Origin: Puniceicoccales bacterium
Lineage (GTDB): Bacteria; Verrucomicrobiota; Verrucomicrobiia; Opitutales; JAIRKQ01
Length of the DNA stretch: 45,631 nucleotides
Reading direction: 5' to 3'
NCBI GenBank assembly: GCA_031283685.1
Contig: JAITBI010000003.1
Location: 1-45,631, forward strand
Shown here piece after piece: positions 16,691 to 27,154 of this stretch. The notes under the pieces were generated by a model. That model made no database searches. It had not been told where the DNA came from and saw only the letters and a program-made list of their open reading frames with translations. The translations under genes and the position numbers were made by a program. Numbering within the stretch: position 1 is the first letter of the stretch; the number at the start of each line of letters is the position of its first letter.

Positions 16691-18820
16691 TCAAAAGTCC
16701 AATAGCCTCAAATGCCAATCGAACTGGATGTGGTCTTCACGTTTTACGTGTGTCCGAGTGGTGATACCTACGTTAACTAACCACGAATTCCACAGCATAC
16801 CGGATAAACTAAATCTTTGCTGCGAAAATTTGTGAATTTTTGCATCGTATTGGGATCCAATCGTAATAGACGTTTGAGATGATAAATTGAAAGTAAAAAA
16901 CAATCCATACTGCTCGGTCGATTTTTGAAGGTTTACTCCATCAAATTTCAAATAATTGGTAGAAAATGCTAGCTTCCAAAAATCAGCGTCCTTTATGACG
17001 GTCGTTGTCTTTAGTTCGTGTAAATGTAATTTTGTTGGGTCAACCTTGCTATGGATGTCGAAATTAAGCCATGGTGTCGGATATATGCCAACCATTAAAT
17101 AGGTGTCGGAGAATTTCTTTTGGGGAGCTTGCCTAAAGCTATCATAATTTCTGGCAAAGAGTATGTCCTGGAATACATCCATTCGCATCAACTGTTTTGG
17201 AACATAGGATCCCGATTGGGTATATAGACTATTTTTTATGCCCAGCCGCACCATATTTTGCCGCTGTAGGTCATCCACATTGCGCATATCGTCCAAATCT
17301 ATCGAAGGAATTTCCACACTAAAACATTCTCTATGAAACTTTGGGATTTTAGTACTCTCATTGCCCGACGGGATCACGCGATATTGTATGATTGGGGTGA
17401 TGACATGTTTTAACCCGTTTATGCTAAAAGTTTCGTTGGTATAATCGGATTGGCCGGTGATTTTCATGTTAATGTCAAACCCACTCTGCAGGATGTTCTT
17501 CCCGTATGTTTCTCCATCAAAATTGCGATCATATACCAATGTCCGTGTGCCAAAAATCGGTTTTATTGTAAAAAAATCTTTATATCCCAATGGCAAAGAT
17601 ATTCCATAGTAAATATCGGCCCGGGAAACACTTGTGGCACCGTACAAATCCTTATCACGGTTGTATAACTTAACGACACCTAAGTGTGCACTGTGTATTA
17701 GCTTTGTATCGAACAATTTGGTCGGCAAATAGGCAATGCACAATTCCGGTATCTGTTGTGTGGTACTATAAAAAGTATTTGGTTCAAATTGTCCAAAGGC
17801 TGAGGCGATATAGTTTTGCCCCCGATAGGATATTTCGGCAAATGATCCCGGTTGTTGATTACGGTCATACCAAGCTTTTCTAAAATCTCGCTCGACCTCA
17901 GAATCGCTCAATGCTGTGGCCCTGGCGATTATGTCAATTCGATCATCATGGTGTTGCCTGTATGAAAACTCCAAAAAGTGTCTGTTGCTAGGAACAGGTT
18001 CACTTTTTATGTCAACCCCTTTTTGTTCTTCGCTTGCCCTGTCTTGGATAAACCCAAATTTGACTTCGGAAAATATTTGATTTTTCTCTGACCTATGGTC
18101 GATTTTTAACGCAGGACCAGCTAGTATTCCTCGTCTTGCATAAAAATCCAAAAGTCCACCCAGTTTAAGTCCTTTGTTTACTCCAAAATAAAAATTGTTT
18201 TGCAGGTATATTCCATTGCTGTGATTCAGTCCATAATTTTGTTCCAAATAAAACGGATGCGATGAAGTGTCTATTTCTGCCCAGGGTAAATACAATATCA
18301 CAGCTGGTCCAATTTTAAATTTTGTATCTTTTGTCTTAATGGATTCATTTGTTATTTTGAAACTTTTTACGAATATTGATGAAGCAAATTTTTGATCCAT
18401 AGAACCATGGAATATCTCCGCATTGAGACCGGTTTGTACGTCATTGTCTGTATCTAAATCGATATTTTCGATGCGGAAGTAGTAATTATGAACCTTTATT
18501 TTGCTGTTATTGACGTGGATCAGACCTGAATTTATATCATAGGAAATACGATCTGCCACGATGTAAACTTTTTTATTGTCAATTTTTACATTGCCTGAGG
18601 CGATTGCCATCGCCGGTTCCTTATGGAATGTTATTTCGTCGGCTTGGATGATAAAGTTTCCTGCCTCAATTTTTGCATCCCCTTTGACAACAAGTTCCTC
18701 TTTGTCGGCAATGTATTCTATCGGCTCATTTGAACTTACTTCAACCGCATGGCAGATGCCGTTGGAAAGAATTAGTAATAGGATCGTTAAAAATTTTTTC
18801 GGCACGTTGCTCAATAACAT
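16691..18820 (-). CDS. lptD: LPS assembly outer-membrane protein LptD-like
   Basis: Signal peptide, OstA-like N-terminus (IQADEITF...ASGNVKI...ADRISYD), beta-strand-rich barrel region, terminal Phe. Confidence 0.78.
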   Translation of the reverse strand: MLLSNVPKKFLTILLLILSNGICHAVEVSSNEPIEYIADKEELVVKGDAKIEAGNFIIQADEITFHKEPAMAIASGNVKIDNKKVYIVADRISYDINSGLIHVNNSKIKVHNYYFRIENIDLDTDNDVQTGLNAEIFHGSMDQKFASSIFVKSFKITNESIKTKDTKFKIGPAVILYLPWAEIDTSSHPFYLEQNYGLNHSNGIYLQNNFYFGVNKGLKLGGLLDFYARRGILAGPALKIDHRSEKNQIFSEVKFGFIQDRASEEQKGVDIKSEPVPSNRHFLEFSYRQHHDDRIDIIARATALSDSEVERDFRKAWYDRNQQPGSFAEISYRGQNYIASAFGQFEPNTFYSTTQQIPELCIAYLPTKLFDTKLIHSAHLGVVKLYNRDKDLYGATSVSRADIYYGISLPLGYKDFFTIKPIFGTRTLVYDRNFDGETYGKNILQSGFDINMKITGQSDYTNETFSINGLKHVITPIIQYRVIPSGNESTKIPKFHRECFSVEIPSIDLDDMRNVDDLQRQNMVRLGIKNSLYTQSGSYVPKQLMRMDVFQDILFARNYDSFRQAPQKKFSDTYLMVGIYPTPWLNFDIHSKVDPTKLHLHELKTTTVIKDADFWKLAFSTNYLKFDGVNLQKSTEQYGLFFTFNLSSQTSITIGSQYDAKIHKFSQQRFSLSGMLWNSWLVNVGITTRTHVKREDHIQFDWHLRLLDF

Positions 18821-19014
18821 GCATAATCTCTACCCTTGTGAAAATAAAAATCTTTCCTATTAATCATTGACCGTACTAAAATCGGGCCATGCCCATTTGT
18901 TCTAATCCAAGGGAGCAATTGGATTACTGCACAAGCAATACTCTGGAAGAGTTTTATGTCATTTCTTTTTGTCGTTTTTAAAACGGCGATTTTTACGGTA
19001 TCCGTGTCTATCAT
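18811..19014 (-). CDS. Small hypothetical protein
   Basis: 67 aa. Exactly fills the gap, with an ATGA overlap with the upstream gene and a 10-nt overlap with lptD. No family recognised. Confidence 0.4.
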   Translation of the reverse strand: MIDTDTVKIAVLKTTKRNDIKLFQSIACAVIQLLPWIRTNGHGPILVRSMINRKDFYFHKGRDYACY

Positions 19015-19550
19015 TTGTCTCTGAACAGGGTTTGTAAAGCTTGAGATCCCTTGTCTCCAACTTTAGAGGCGACATCAAGAACAATCGACATTTGTGTTAC
19101 TTCGTATTGTATACGCATCAAATCCTGTTGCGATAAATCCGGTTTTTGAGCTAGTTCCGCTGTCACGTTTGACATGTGGTCTAATTGCCGCTTGACTGAA
19201 GACATAAAGTCGGATAGCCGATTCTGATATTCTGCTACACCGGAAAATTGATCTATTTTCCCCTCCAACCCATGTACGACGCCTGGCATTGACTGTCCGA
19301 CATTTCTAATGGAATTAGAAAGGTCGGGATTAATATTGCTTAAAGCGTTTGCGGTTTGATCCAAACGATTGGTTACAGAATCAATGTTTATGTCAGTGTT
19401 GTTAAGTGCAGCATTGAATTTTGCCACATCACTTTGATTGATACCTGTAGATAGTGAATCAGAGAATTTCTGGGGATCCATTTGGTCCTCCGCCATGATT
19501 TTCTCTATTTGTTTCCGCAATGTTTCATCGACTATAGCTACTTGCTCCAT
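19011..19550 (-). CDS. Type III secretion inner-rod-like protein (SctI/YscI/HrpB2 family)
   Basis: C-terminus LSQQDLMRIQYEVTQMSIVLDVASKVGDKGSQALQTLFRDK matches the YscI/HrpB C-terminal pattern; Gln/Asp/Ser-rich N-terminus. Confidence 0.62.
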   Translation of the reverse strand: MEQVAIVDETLRKQIEKIMAEDQMDPQKFSDSLSTGINQSDVAKFNAALNNTDINIDSVTNRLDQTANALSNINPDLSNSIRNVGQSMPGVVHGLEGKIDQFSGVAEYQNRLSDFMSSVKRQLDHMSNVTAELAQKPDLSQQDLMRIQYEVTQMSIVLDVASKVGDKGSQALQTLFRDK

Positions 19551-19909
19551 AAACTTAAACCTTAGCTTTTTACAAAAAAAGTCAATATTTTTTGCAATCG
19601 ATGATAAGTTTTGTGTTAGGTTCAGGACTCACAAATTTAAATAAAAGATGAAAGAACAGGCGGTACAAATGGAAGAGAAAAAGGAATAGGCACGGTGATT
19701 GTAGTGGGTGGCAATGGGACACCAATTTTTCCATTTGCTCAAGGGTTTTTTCTTTTATCAGTTCCATTTCTTGGCCTTTTATTTCCTTTTCCCCTCCTCC
19801 TTTTCAATGCCTCTTTTTAAGTCCTGAGGCTAGGATACAAGGGTATTAAATCAAAGCATGCTACATAAACAATCTGGAAGGGATGGAGTAGCTTTTGGAA
19901 ATTTTCACG

Positions 19910-21625
19910 TTATTCATCGTCTGTGACAAAATTTTCAAACCCTGGACCTTCCGACTGCAATTCATTGTCAAAGAAACCATGCAACTGGCGAATTCTTGTG
20001 GGATGCCGCATCTTTCTCAAAGCTTTTGCTTCTATCTGACGAATTCTTTCCCGGGTAACATTAAATACTTGCCCCACCTCTTCCAAAGTCCTACTATACC
20101 CATCCCTCAATCCAAAACGTAGCATCAAAACCTCCCGTTCCCGTTGGGTTAAACTATCCAAAACACTGCCTATTTTCTCACGGAGCAGACTAAAGGCTGT
20201 CATGTCATATGGATTCTCAGCATTTTTATCTTCGATGAAATCTCCAAAACTGGAATCTTCCCCATCACCAACAGGATTTTGCAGGGAAATTGGTTGCTGG
20301 GCCATCTTCATTATGGTTTGCACGCGATCGATGGGCATTTTGACTTCCTTAGCCACGTCTTCTGCCGTTGGAGAATGGCCTAGTTCCTGGGTCAATTGTT
20401 TCTGTACCTGCATGACCCGATTCAGTGAATCTATCATGTGCACAGGAATGCGGATAGTTCTAGCTTGATCTGCAATCGAACGCGTGATGGCCTGGCGTAT
20501 CCACCAGGTTGCATAGGTTGAAAATTTGTATCCCCGACGGTACTCAAATTTCTCAACGGCTTTCATAAGGCCCATATTGCCTTCTTGGATGGAATCCAAA
20601 AATGATAGCCCACGATTGGTATATTTTTTTGCAATGCTAATGACAAGTCGTAGATTAGCTTCCACCATTGCCCGTTTTGCCTTATACGCTTCACCCATGT
20701 GAAACTTAAATGCTTTTACAATCTCAACCAAACGCTTGGGGTCGACTTCATGCTTAATTTCAAACTTTTTTAGAGCCTTATTAATTCTATCAATTGTTTC
20801 TACTTGCGAGTTGTCTCCATTGGCTAGAGCTTTGTTAGCCCGTTCCAAATCAGCATATAGTTGGTTAATTTGGCGAACATCTGGACGTAATTTTGCCAGT
20901 GGTTCTTCAAAAATTTTCATTTTGAAACAAAAACGTTTTAAAACAGTCTTTAGCTGCGTTTGAAACTGTTTCAATCGCGCCTCGATGGGTTTGATTTTTC
21001 CTTCGTCCGCTGTTTCCTTAGCTTCCTGGTATGCTTTCCAGGATTCTTTTACCTTTGCAAATAACATTTTGCTATCCTGCACAGCACGGGTCAGCATTGA
21101 GTAATAGGTCTCTCGACTCTCTATTTTTTTATCAAGAACTATGCGGTCGAATCGTTCATCCCGGCAAAGTAATTTTTCTGCCAAATCAATTTGAAATTCT
21201 GCCGTTAAATGAATAGAAAACAGCTCATCCTGTGCACGCAATTCTTCCCTCTCAATTGTTTTGGAAATAGCCACCTCTTCGGTACGCGTAAGCAATGGGA
21301 CTTGCCCCATCTGACGGAGATACATGCGAACAGGGTCTTCAATATTTTCTCCGGATGGCGAAACGGGCTCTGCCATTTCCTCTTCAACTTTACTCCGGTA
21401 CTGTTCAGCCTCTTCAGCATCCAAAATCTCAATGTTGAGATTTTCTAAAATATTGATGATATTCTCAGCTTCTTTTGGGTTAGTGAGAGCTCCTGGTAGT
21501 GTTTCATTGATATCTTGCAAAGATACATACCCTCTTTGCCGTGCCAATCGTATGAGAGATTGTACCCTTACGTTGGCATCTGCTGCTAACCTAACTTCTG
21601 AACTTTTTTTTTCGTATTTTGTCAT
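19910..21625 (-). CDS. rpoD: RNA polymerase primary sigma factor
   Basis: [56 protein letters not shown] and [15 protein letters not shown]. Confidence 0.97.
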   Translation of the reverse strand: MTKYEKKSSEVRLAADANVRVQSLIRLARQRGYVSLQDINETLPGALTNPKEAENIINILENLNIEILDAEEAEQYRSKVEEEMAEPVSPSGENIEDPVRMYLRQMGQVPLLTRTEEVAISKTIEREELRAQDELFSIHLTAEFQIDLAEKLLCRDERFDRIVLDKKIESRETYYSMLTRAVQDSKMLFAKVKESWKAYQEAKETADEGKIKPIEARLKQFQTQLKTVLKRFCFKMKIFEEPLAKLRPDVRQINQLYADLERANKALANGDNSQVETIDRINKALKKFEIKHEVDPKRLVEIVKAFKFHMGEAYKAKRAMVEANLRLVISIAKKYTNRGLSFLDSIQEGNMGLMKAVEKFEYRRGYKFSTYATWWIRQAITRSIADQARTIRIPVHMIDSLNRVMQVQKQLTQELGHSPTAEDVAKEVKMPIDRVQTIMKMAQQPISLQNPVGDGEDSSFGDFIEDKNAENPYDMTAFSLLREKIGSVLDSLTQREREVLMLRFGLRDGYSRTLEEVGQVFNVTRERIRQIEAKALRKMRHPTRIRQLHGFFDNELQSEGPGFENFVTDDE

Positions 21626-21630
21626 TGTTT

Positions 21631-23466
21631 TTACAATTGAACAATTTGCGGTGGGTGCTTTAACATTTTACGCAAATTCAATCTGCATTCTTGTAAGGTT
21701 CTTATACTATCGCTTTGGTCAAGAGAAAATTTCCGAAAACTGTCATTAACTTTATTAATTTCTTCCCTGATGAAATTTGAATGGAGCTTGTGCAGGCATA
21801 AATTCGCAGTGGCTAGGTGCTCACAATCTTCGTCGAAATCAGCCAACAAAAAGTATATCAAATTCTTTTCATCATTCGAAAATAGTGGCGACTCTTCCAA
21901 TTTAGCAATCCCTTCCCACATATACTCTTTAATTTCATTTAGAACTTTTAGCAATACTTTTCCTTCATGGGATGTTAAATTTTGTAAAAATGGTTGTTCG
22001 TAGAAATCCAACATTCGCTTTGCTATCCTATCATTTGACAGGACTATGGCCAGCAATTGGCTTTCTGCGCTGGATAACTTTTCATGTGACATTTCCCGCG
22101 TCTCGCCTGCGACAATCTTCGAGTTTCCAACAAAAGGCTTTTTCTGCAAAAATGACTTAAAATCTTGCAAAATCGCATGTCGATCAAGATCCGCTGCCAT
22201 TGATAGCTCATCTAGGTATGATTTTTGAACGATGGAAGATTCGGCAATGGAAATTATTTCGTAGATTCTCCTAAGTGTTTCTACCTTTTCCTGTGCCGTA
22301 ATATTTTTTTTGACAAACCATCGGTTTGCCAAGAATTCTATCCCTGTCATGGAGGATCGCTGTAGCCCTCGGAACCTATTTTCAAAATCCTCACGAAAAT
22401 AACTATCCGGGTCCTGCCCTTCCGGCAGGATGAAAAATCTTACGTCCAGTCCAGCTGCGATTGCCATTGCTAACAAACGTTCTGCCGCTTTTAATCCTGC
22501 GTTATCACCGTCAAGCATACAATTCAAGTGTACGCTATACCGCCGCAAGGTAACCAATTGGGCATCTGTAACAGCCGTCCCCTGGGGAGCAATGGTGGTA
22601 TTAAGGCCATTATCCCAGCAACGCATGGCATCAAACTGCCCTTCGACCATCCAAAAAGCATCGTTTTGTTCTAGATATTTCCGAGCCCTGTCGAGTCCGA
22701 ATAGTATGCTTCCCTTTTGAAAAATTTCCGTTGCCGGAGAATTTATATACTTAGCATCGGCAAAATTACTTTGCTGCCCAATGCCATCTACAAATCTCGC
22801 CGAGAATCCAACAATTTTACCCTGCGTATTCCTGATAGGAATTGTTAGCCGTGAATTAAATCGCCCTATAAATCCACGGGGATCGGTTTCATTTTCCTTT
22901 GCATAGAAAATTCCACTAGCTTTTATGGCGTCCAAAGAATAGCCAGCCTGGAGTATTTTTTCTATCAATACCCTGTCATTATTTCCTGCGAGACCTATGC
23001 CATTTTCCCTCGCTACGTCCAGAGAAAACTTCCTATCTTCTACCCAGTATTGCCGAATTTTTTCTCCCCAAATATTATCAGCATGGAAATTTTTCACAAA
23101 AAAATCACACACCAAGTCATGCAAGTCGAACAGTGTCTTTTTGGCATATGGCTTTGGTTCAAAAGTTGCTGATTTTTCAAATTCTAGCGGAATGTTAAAC
23201 CGTTCAGCTATCATTTCCACGGCATCGATGAATGATACATTTTCTTTCAGCTGTATGAATCGAAAAACATCACCTGCATTCCCAGAGCTAAAACATCGAA
23301 ACATTTTTTTCGCTGGCATGACGAAAAAAGATGGTGTCTTTTCCTGATTAAAAGGGCTCAAACCACGCCAGTTAACCCCGCATCGCTTCAGCGTAGCATA
23401 TGGCGATACAACATCATAAATGTCGACAGAATTTTTTATCTTGTCTAGGCAATCGCGTGTTATCAT
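21631..23466 (-). CDS. dnaG: DNA primase
   Basis: [26 protein letters not shown] and DGDNAG Toprim motifs; directly upstream of rpoD. Confidence 0.95.
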   Translation of the reverse strand: MITRDCLDKIKNSVDIYDVVSPYATLKRCGVNWRGLSPFNQEKTPSFFVMPAKKMFRCFSSGNAGDVFRFIQLKENVSFIDAVEMIAERFNIPLEFEKSATFEPKPYAKKTLFDLHDLVCDFFVKNFHADNIWGEKIRQYWVEDRKFSLDVARENGIGLAGNNDRVLIEKILQAGYSLDAIKASGIFYAKENETDPRGFIGRFNSRLTIPIRNTQGKIVGFSARFVDGIGQQSNFADAKYINSPATEIFQKGSILFGLDRARKYLEQNDAFWMVEGQFDAMRCWDNGLNTTIAPQGTAVTDAQLVTLRRYSVHLNCMLDGDNAGLKAAERLLAMAIAAGLDVRFFILPEGQDPDSYFREDFENRFRGLQRSSMTGIEFLANRWFVKKNITAQEKVETLRRIYEIISIAESSIVQKSYLDELSMAADLDRHAILQDFKSFLQKKPFVGNSKIVAGETREMSHEKLSSAESQLLAIVLSNDRIAKRMLDFYEQPFLQNLTSHEGKVLLKVLNEIKEYMWEGIAKLEESPLFSNDEKNLIYFLLADFDEDCEHLATANLCLHKLHSNFIREEINKVNDSFRKFSLDQSDSIRTLQECRLNLRKMLKHPPQIVQL

Positions 23467-23681
23467 TCCTTAAAGAATAAATATTCCATACCTTTAATTG
23501 CAAAAAAAACCCAAGAAAAGACAAAAAAATACTCTTCTCCCCTGCTTTCTAATCTCAGCCATAGGGAAACGGCTACATCTTATCCTTTCTTTCCCCAAAC
23601 TAAAACTTTTTTGCAGCTTTCCTGTTTATTTCTGCAGCCCACATGGTCAAGAACTTTTTGGGAAGATATAAAATACTGATC

Positions 23682-24245
23682 CTAGGGTACATCGTCCGAC
23701 TCACTATCCTGCGGCACTTCACCACCCTGCGATGCTATGGCATTTTTTGCTTTGCTTCTTCGATATGCTATAAATATTAGCGCGGGTATCGCAATAACGG
23801 CAACCATAATCGCGGTTGCAATAACAGGGTGAGCAACTGCCAATGCCCATGCAGATTTCCCTAGCGTAGCCACTTTGCTTAGCAGAGATCCAGCGGCATC
23901 CGCTGCTTCGGAACTTCCAGCTCCGGCGCTTGCTGCTGCTTCGGCGCCTGCTGTAGTTCCGGCACCCGCAGCTCCAACATTTGCCGATACTCCAGCCGTA
24001 CTTGCGGTTGCTCCTTCAAAGAGTACAGGGGGGGTGCTTGTTCCACTAATTGCCTGTGCAGTAGCTGTCGCAACTCCAGCCATACCCGTGGTTGTTCCTT
24101 CGAAGAGTACAAGAGCGGTGCTTGTCCTACTAATTGCCCGTGCAGTAGCTGTCGCAGCTCCAGTCATACCCGCGGTTGCTTCTTCGACAGGCACAAGAGC
24201 AGTGCTTGTTCCACTAATTGCTACTTGACCAAAGATTCCATTCAT
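23682..24245 (-). CDS. Ala/Thr/Gly-rich repeat protein with C-terminal transmembrane anchor (candidate effector or surface protein)
   Basis: Three 28-aa repeats, then the hydrophobic AWALAVAHPVIATAIMVAVIAIPALIFIAY followed by RRSK. No classical signal peptide. Confidence 0.72.
   Translation of the reverse strand: MNGIFGQVAISGTSTALVPVEEATAGMTGAATATARAISRTSTALVLFEGTTTGMAGVATATAQAISGTSTPPVLFEGATASTAGVSANVGAAGAGTTAGAEAAASAGAGSSEAADAAGSLLSKVATLGKSAWALAVAHPVIATAIMVAVIAIPALIFIAYRRSKAKNAIASQGGEVPQDSESDDVP
23970..24221 (-). repeat. Three imperfect tandem 84-bp repeats
   Basis: C(C/T)ACTAATTGC recurs at 24043, 24127 and 24211. Units begin AISGTSTALVPVEEATAG, AISRTSTALVLFEGTTTG and AISGTSTPPVLFEGATAS. 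Confidence 0.9.
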
Positions 24246-24473
24246 ACCAAAACCGCCATGGAGATTAATTTTCTAGGAAATTCTCATAAATCGCAAGTAA
24301 AAAACAAAAGAAACCTGAATTAAGTTTTATCGGATTCGATTCCACTTTTCCTGGGTTCTTTTCCAATAGCCTGTTGACTTCTTTAATGTTTTAGGATTTA
24401 CGCACATTTTTGTATCCATTGGCTGAACTGGGGGGTTGCTTTTAGAAAAACGATCATTACTTCATTTGTCATC

Positions 24474-25109
24474 ATGGTAAAATGCTTTGCAGAACGGGTA
24501 CCCCATTTAAATGATAATGATGACGATGATACTTCGGATTGTAGCTCGAAGGATTCTTCGAGTTGTTCATCGATGATGCAGAAACGATTTCTTAGGGAAA
24601 GGAAGATTTTTTTGTGGGGTGGCATAAATGATGTGACAGCAAAAGATATTACTGAAAAATTACTATACCTTGAGTTGTCGGATCCTGGCAAACCCATCGA
24701 TTTTTTTATAAACACTCCTGGGGGATCCATAACATCTGGCATGTCGATCTACGACACCATGATTTTACTTTCTTCTCCAATCCGTGTAATAGTGACCGGA
24801 ATTGCAGCAAGTATGGGATCGATTCTGCTCTGCGGAACCAAAAAAGGTAATCGGTTTTTATATCCTAATTCCAGAGTTTTGATACATCAACCGCTCATCA
24901 TGGGTCAGATTGTTGCCCAGGCGGTTGATATCAATATCCAGGCCAAGGAAATGGAAAAGACTCGGGCGGAATTAAATAAAATCCTAGCTGCGTCTTCCGG
25001 ACAACCGATAGAGAAAATTACAAAGGATACGGATCGAGATTTTTATATGAACGCAAAGGAGGCGATCGACTATGGGTTGGCCGATAAAATTATAAAAAAT
25101 ATATTCTGA
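24474..25109 (+). CDS. clpP: ATP-dependent Clp protease proteolytic subunit
   Basis: INTPGGS, AASMGS (Ser), IHQP (His) and DRDFYM (Asp). Confidence 0.95.
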   Translation: MVKCFAERVPHLNDNDDDDTSDCSSKDSSSCSSMMQKRFLRERKIFLWGGINDVTAKDITEKLLYLELSDPGKPIDFFINTPGGSITSGMSIYDTMILLSSPIRVIVTGIAASMGSILLCGTKKGNRFLYPNSRVLIHQPLIMGQIVAQAVDINIQAKEMEKTRAELNKILAASSGQPIEKITKDTDRDFYMNAKEAIDYGLADKIIKNIF

Positions 25110-25119
25110 TAAAAATTCC

Positions 25120-27150
25120 ATGGAGGGAGGCCCCATAAATATTGCCTTTGTTTTCGACGACAAATTTTTCAATCTATTCAAAGTCACGGCATATTCGATT
25201 GCGAAAAATACAAAGTCAAACTTGGCAATTTACATCATCGATTGCGGAATTTCGGAAACCCATCGAATGGAAATTGGCAAATTTCAAAAACAGTTACCCT
25301 GTGTGGTTGATATTTTTTGCAAAGAGCCGAAGAAGTTCGAAGTCTTCGAAAAGTGTCCTATTCCTGCCCATTTTTCATCCGCTGTTTTTTACAGATTGGC
25401 CATTGGTAAAACATTTCCTCACCTCACGCGCGTAGTATATTTAGACTGTGATGTTATCGTGGATGGGGATATCAAAGAACTATGGGATGTCGACCTTGGA
25501 AATAGGCCATTTGGCGCTTTGAATGACGAAACAAATTTCTTTTTGCCTAAAGATATCGAACGCCGTAAAAAACAAGCAGGTATCCCACCTGAACACACGT
25601 ATATGAGCTCAGGCGTACTGCTAATCGATCTTAAAAAGTTTGAAAACATGTGTGTGTTTGAGCGTGTGTTGAAATTTGTCGAACATTGTGAGATATCGCT
25701 GGCATGTCCAGAGCAAGACGCTATGAACATATGTCTCGACGAAAATGAACATCTACCGATAAATCCAAGATTTAATTTTACACCATTTGCTCCACAGGCA
25801 AAACGGTGTTTTAAAAAATTTGGTCCCCCCTTGATTATCCATTTTTCGTGCGGAAAGCCGTGGATTTTTAATAAAAAGTTTATCAATATATTAAATCGAC
25901 TCCATTTGTTTAACTATGAGGTTGGATTTATTAAAAAATATTGGAAATATTCCGATGGGGTCGATAAACACACATTTTCATCGAGGGACATGGGGCCTAC
26001 GGTTTTGTTTTTTTACAAACGTGTGTTTGGCAAACTTGAATATTTTGTTGCAAAAAAAATTCGTAACAAAATCATAAGGGGGCTTCGCAACATTTTAGGT
26101 AAAAGTGAGAAGTGTGTTCAGTGGGAGGGTACACAACCTCGCCTCGCCGATGAAGTTAATAAAAAGAGAATAAATATGATTGAAACCATAGATATCGCTT
26201 TTGTTTTCGACGATAAGTTTTCGGATTTATTCAGAGTTGCCGCCTATTCCATCGCTCAAAATACAAAGGCGAATCTTACGATTTATGTTATCGACTGCGG
26301 AATTTCGGAAATCAACAGGGAAAAAGTTCTCCAACTGAAAGAAAAGTGTGAAAACATTTTGTCCATAAAAATTGGCATGCCGGAACGGGTTGACGTTCTG
26401 GAAAATTTCCCAACTGAGGAACGTTTTAATTCCGTCGTTTTCTATAGGCTAGCGATCCCGAAGGTATTCCCGGAACTTAGCCGGGTGATATATTTGGACT
26501 GTGATATTGTTGCAGTTGGTGACATTTCTGAGCTTTGGAATGAAGATTTGAATGATTGTCCTTTTGGCGCAGTCGAAGAAGATGGTAATTTTTCCGATGA
26601 AAAAATCAGGGCGGATAAATTGGCATATTTGAAATTTCCGGAAGAAAACCGTTATTACAATTCCGGTGTTCTTTTGATTGACTCCCAAAAGTTTGAAGAA
26701 TCCCAAATTTTTGAAAGGGTGATTGAACAAGTAAAACAGACAAAGATTTTTTTCCCATGTCCGGAACAAGATGCCATGAACATATGTCTTCGCAACGACG
26801 AACATCTGTCGTTGCACCCGAAATATAATTTTATCCCATTTGCATCGTTGTCGAAAAAATGCTTTGCCAGCATTGGGGAAAATGTAGTCCTCATCGAATA
26901 TGCCTGCGTAAAACCGTGGGAAATGAATAGACCAACGGTCAAACTGTTCCATTACCTTGGCCTTTGCCGCTACTCAACTTTTATGCTCCTAAAATTTTGG
27001 CATTATGCCGATCAATTGGGAGACGTAAGTCCTAGTAATAAAAATCCTTTTCCCACGCTCAAATTTTTTTATAAACGACTATTTCAACCAATAGGACGGT
27101 TTTTCTCAAAAGCTATAGCAAATGTTAGAAAATCTCGTACGTGCAAATAA
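25120..27150 (+). CDS. Glycosyltransferase family 8 protein with two fused GT8 domains
   Basis: IAFVFDDKF, FYRL, YLDCD, (Y/M)(N/S)SGVLLID, PEQDAMN and KPW each occur twice. The second domain begins MIETIDIAF at 26176. Confidence 0.88.
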   Translation: MEGGPINIAFVFDDKFFNLFKVTAYSIAKNTKSNLAIYIIDCGISETHRMEIGKFQKQLPCVVDIFCKEPKKFEVFEKCPIPAHFSSAVFYRLAIGKTFPHLTRVVYLDCDVIVDGDIKELWDVDLGNRPFGALNDETNFFLPKDIERRKKQAGIPPEHTYMSSGVLLIDLKKFENMCVFERVLKFVEHCEISLACPEQDAMNICLDENEHLPINPRFNFTPFAPQAKRCFKKFGPPLIIHFSCGKPWIFNKKFINILNRLHLFNYEVGFIKKYWKYSDGVDKHTFSSRDMGPTVLFFYKRVFGKLEYFVAKKIRNKIIRGLRNILGKSEKCVQWEGTQPRLADEVNKKRINMIETIDIAFVFDDKFSDLFRVAAYSIAQNTKANLTIYVIDCGISEINREKVLQLKEKCENILSIKIGMPERVDVLENFPTEERFNSVVFYRLAIPKVFPELSRVIYLDCDIVAVGDISELWNEDLNDCPFGAVEEDGNFSDEKIRADKLAYLKFPEENRYYNSGVLLIDSQKFEESQIFERVIEQVKQTKIFFPCPEQDAMNICLRNDEHLSLHPKYNFIPFASLSKKCFASIGENVVLIEYACVKPWEMNRPTVKLFHYLGLCRYSTFMLLKFWHYADQLGDVSPSNKNPFPTLKFFYKRLFQPIGRFFSKAIANVRKSRTCK

Positions 27151-27154
27151 AGAC

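Noticed and set aside
19582-19767. 61-aa minus-strand ORF
   Set aside because: Composition simply mirrors the purine/pyrimidine skew of the inverted-repeat element; no family features. Not fully excluded.
23270-23390. DnaG lacking the Cys/His zinc ligands (GLSPFNQE...CFSSG)
   Set aside because: Zinc-ligand-free primase N-termini occur in other bacterial lineages; a taxonomic hint, not a novelty.
23875-24228. 117-aa Ala/Val/Pro-rich plus-strand ORF
   Set aside because: Antisense shadow of the repeat protein, whose strand has the ATG, TM anchor and longer frame.
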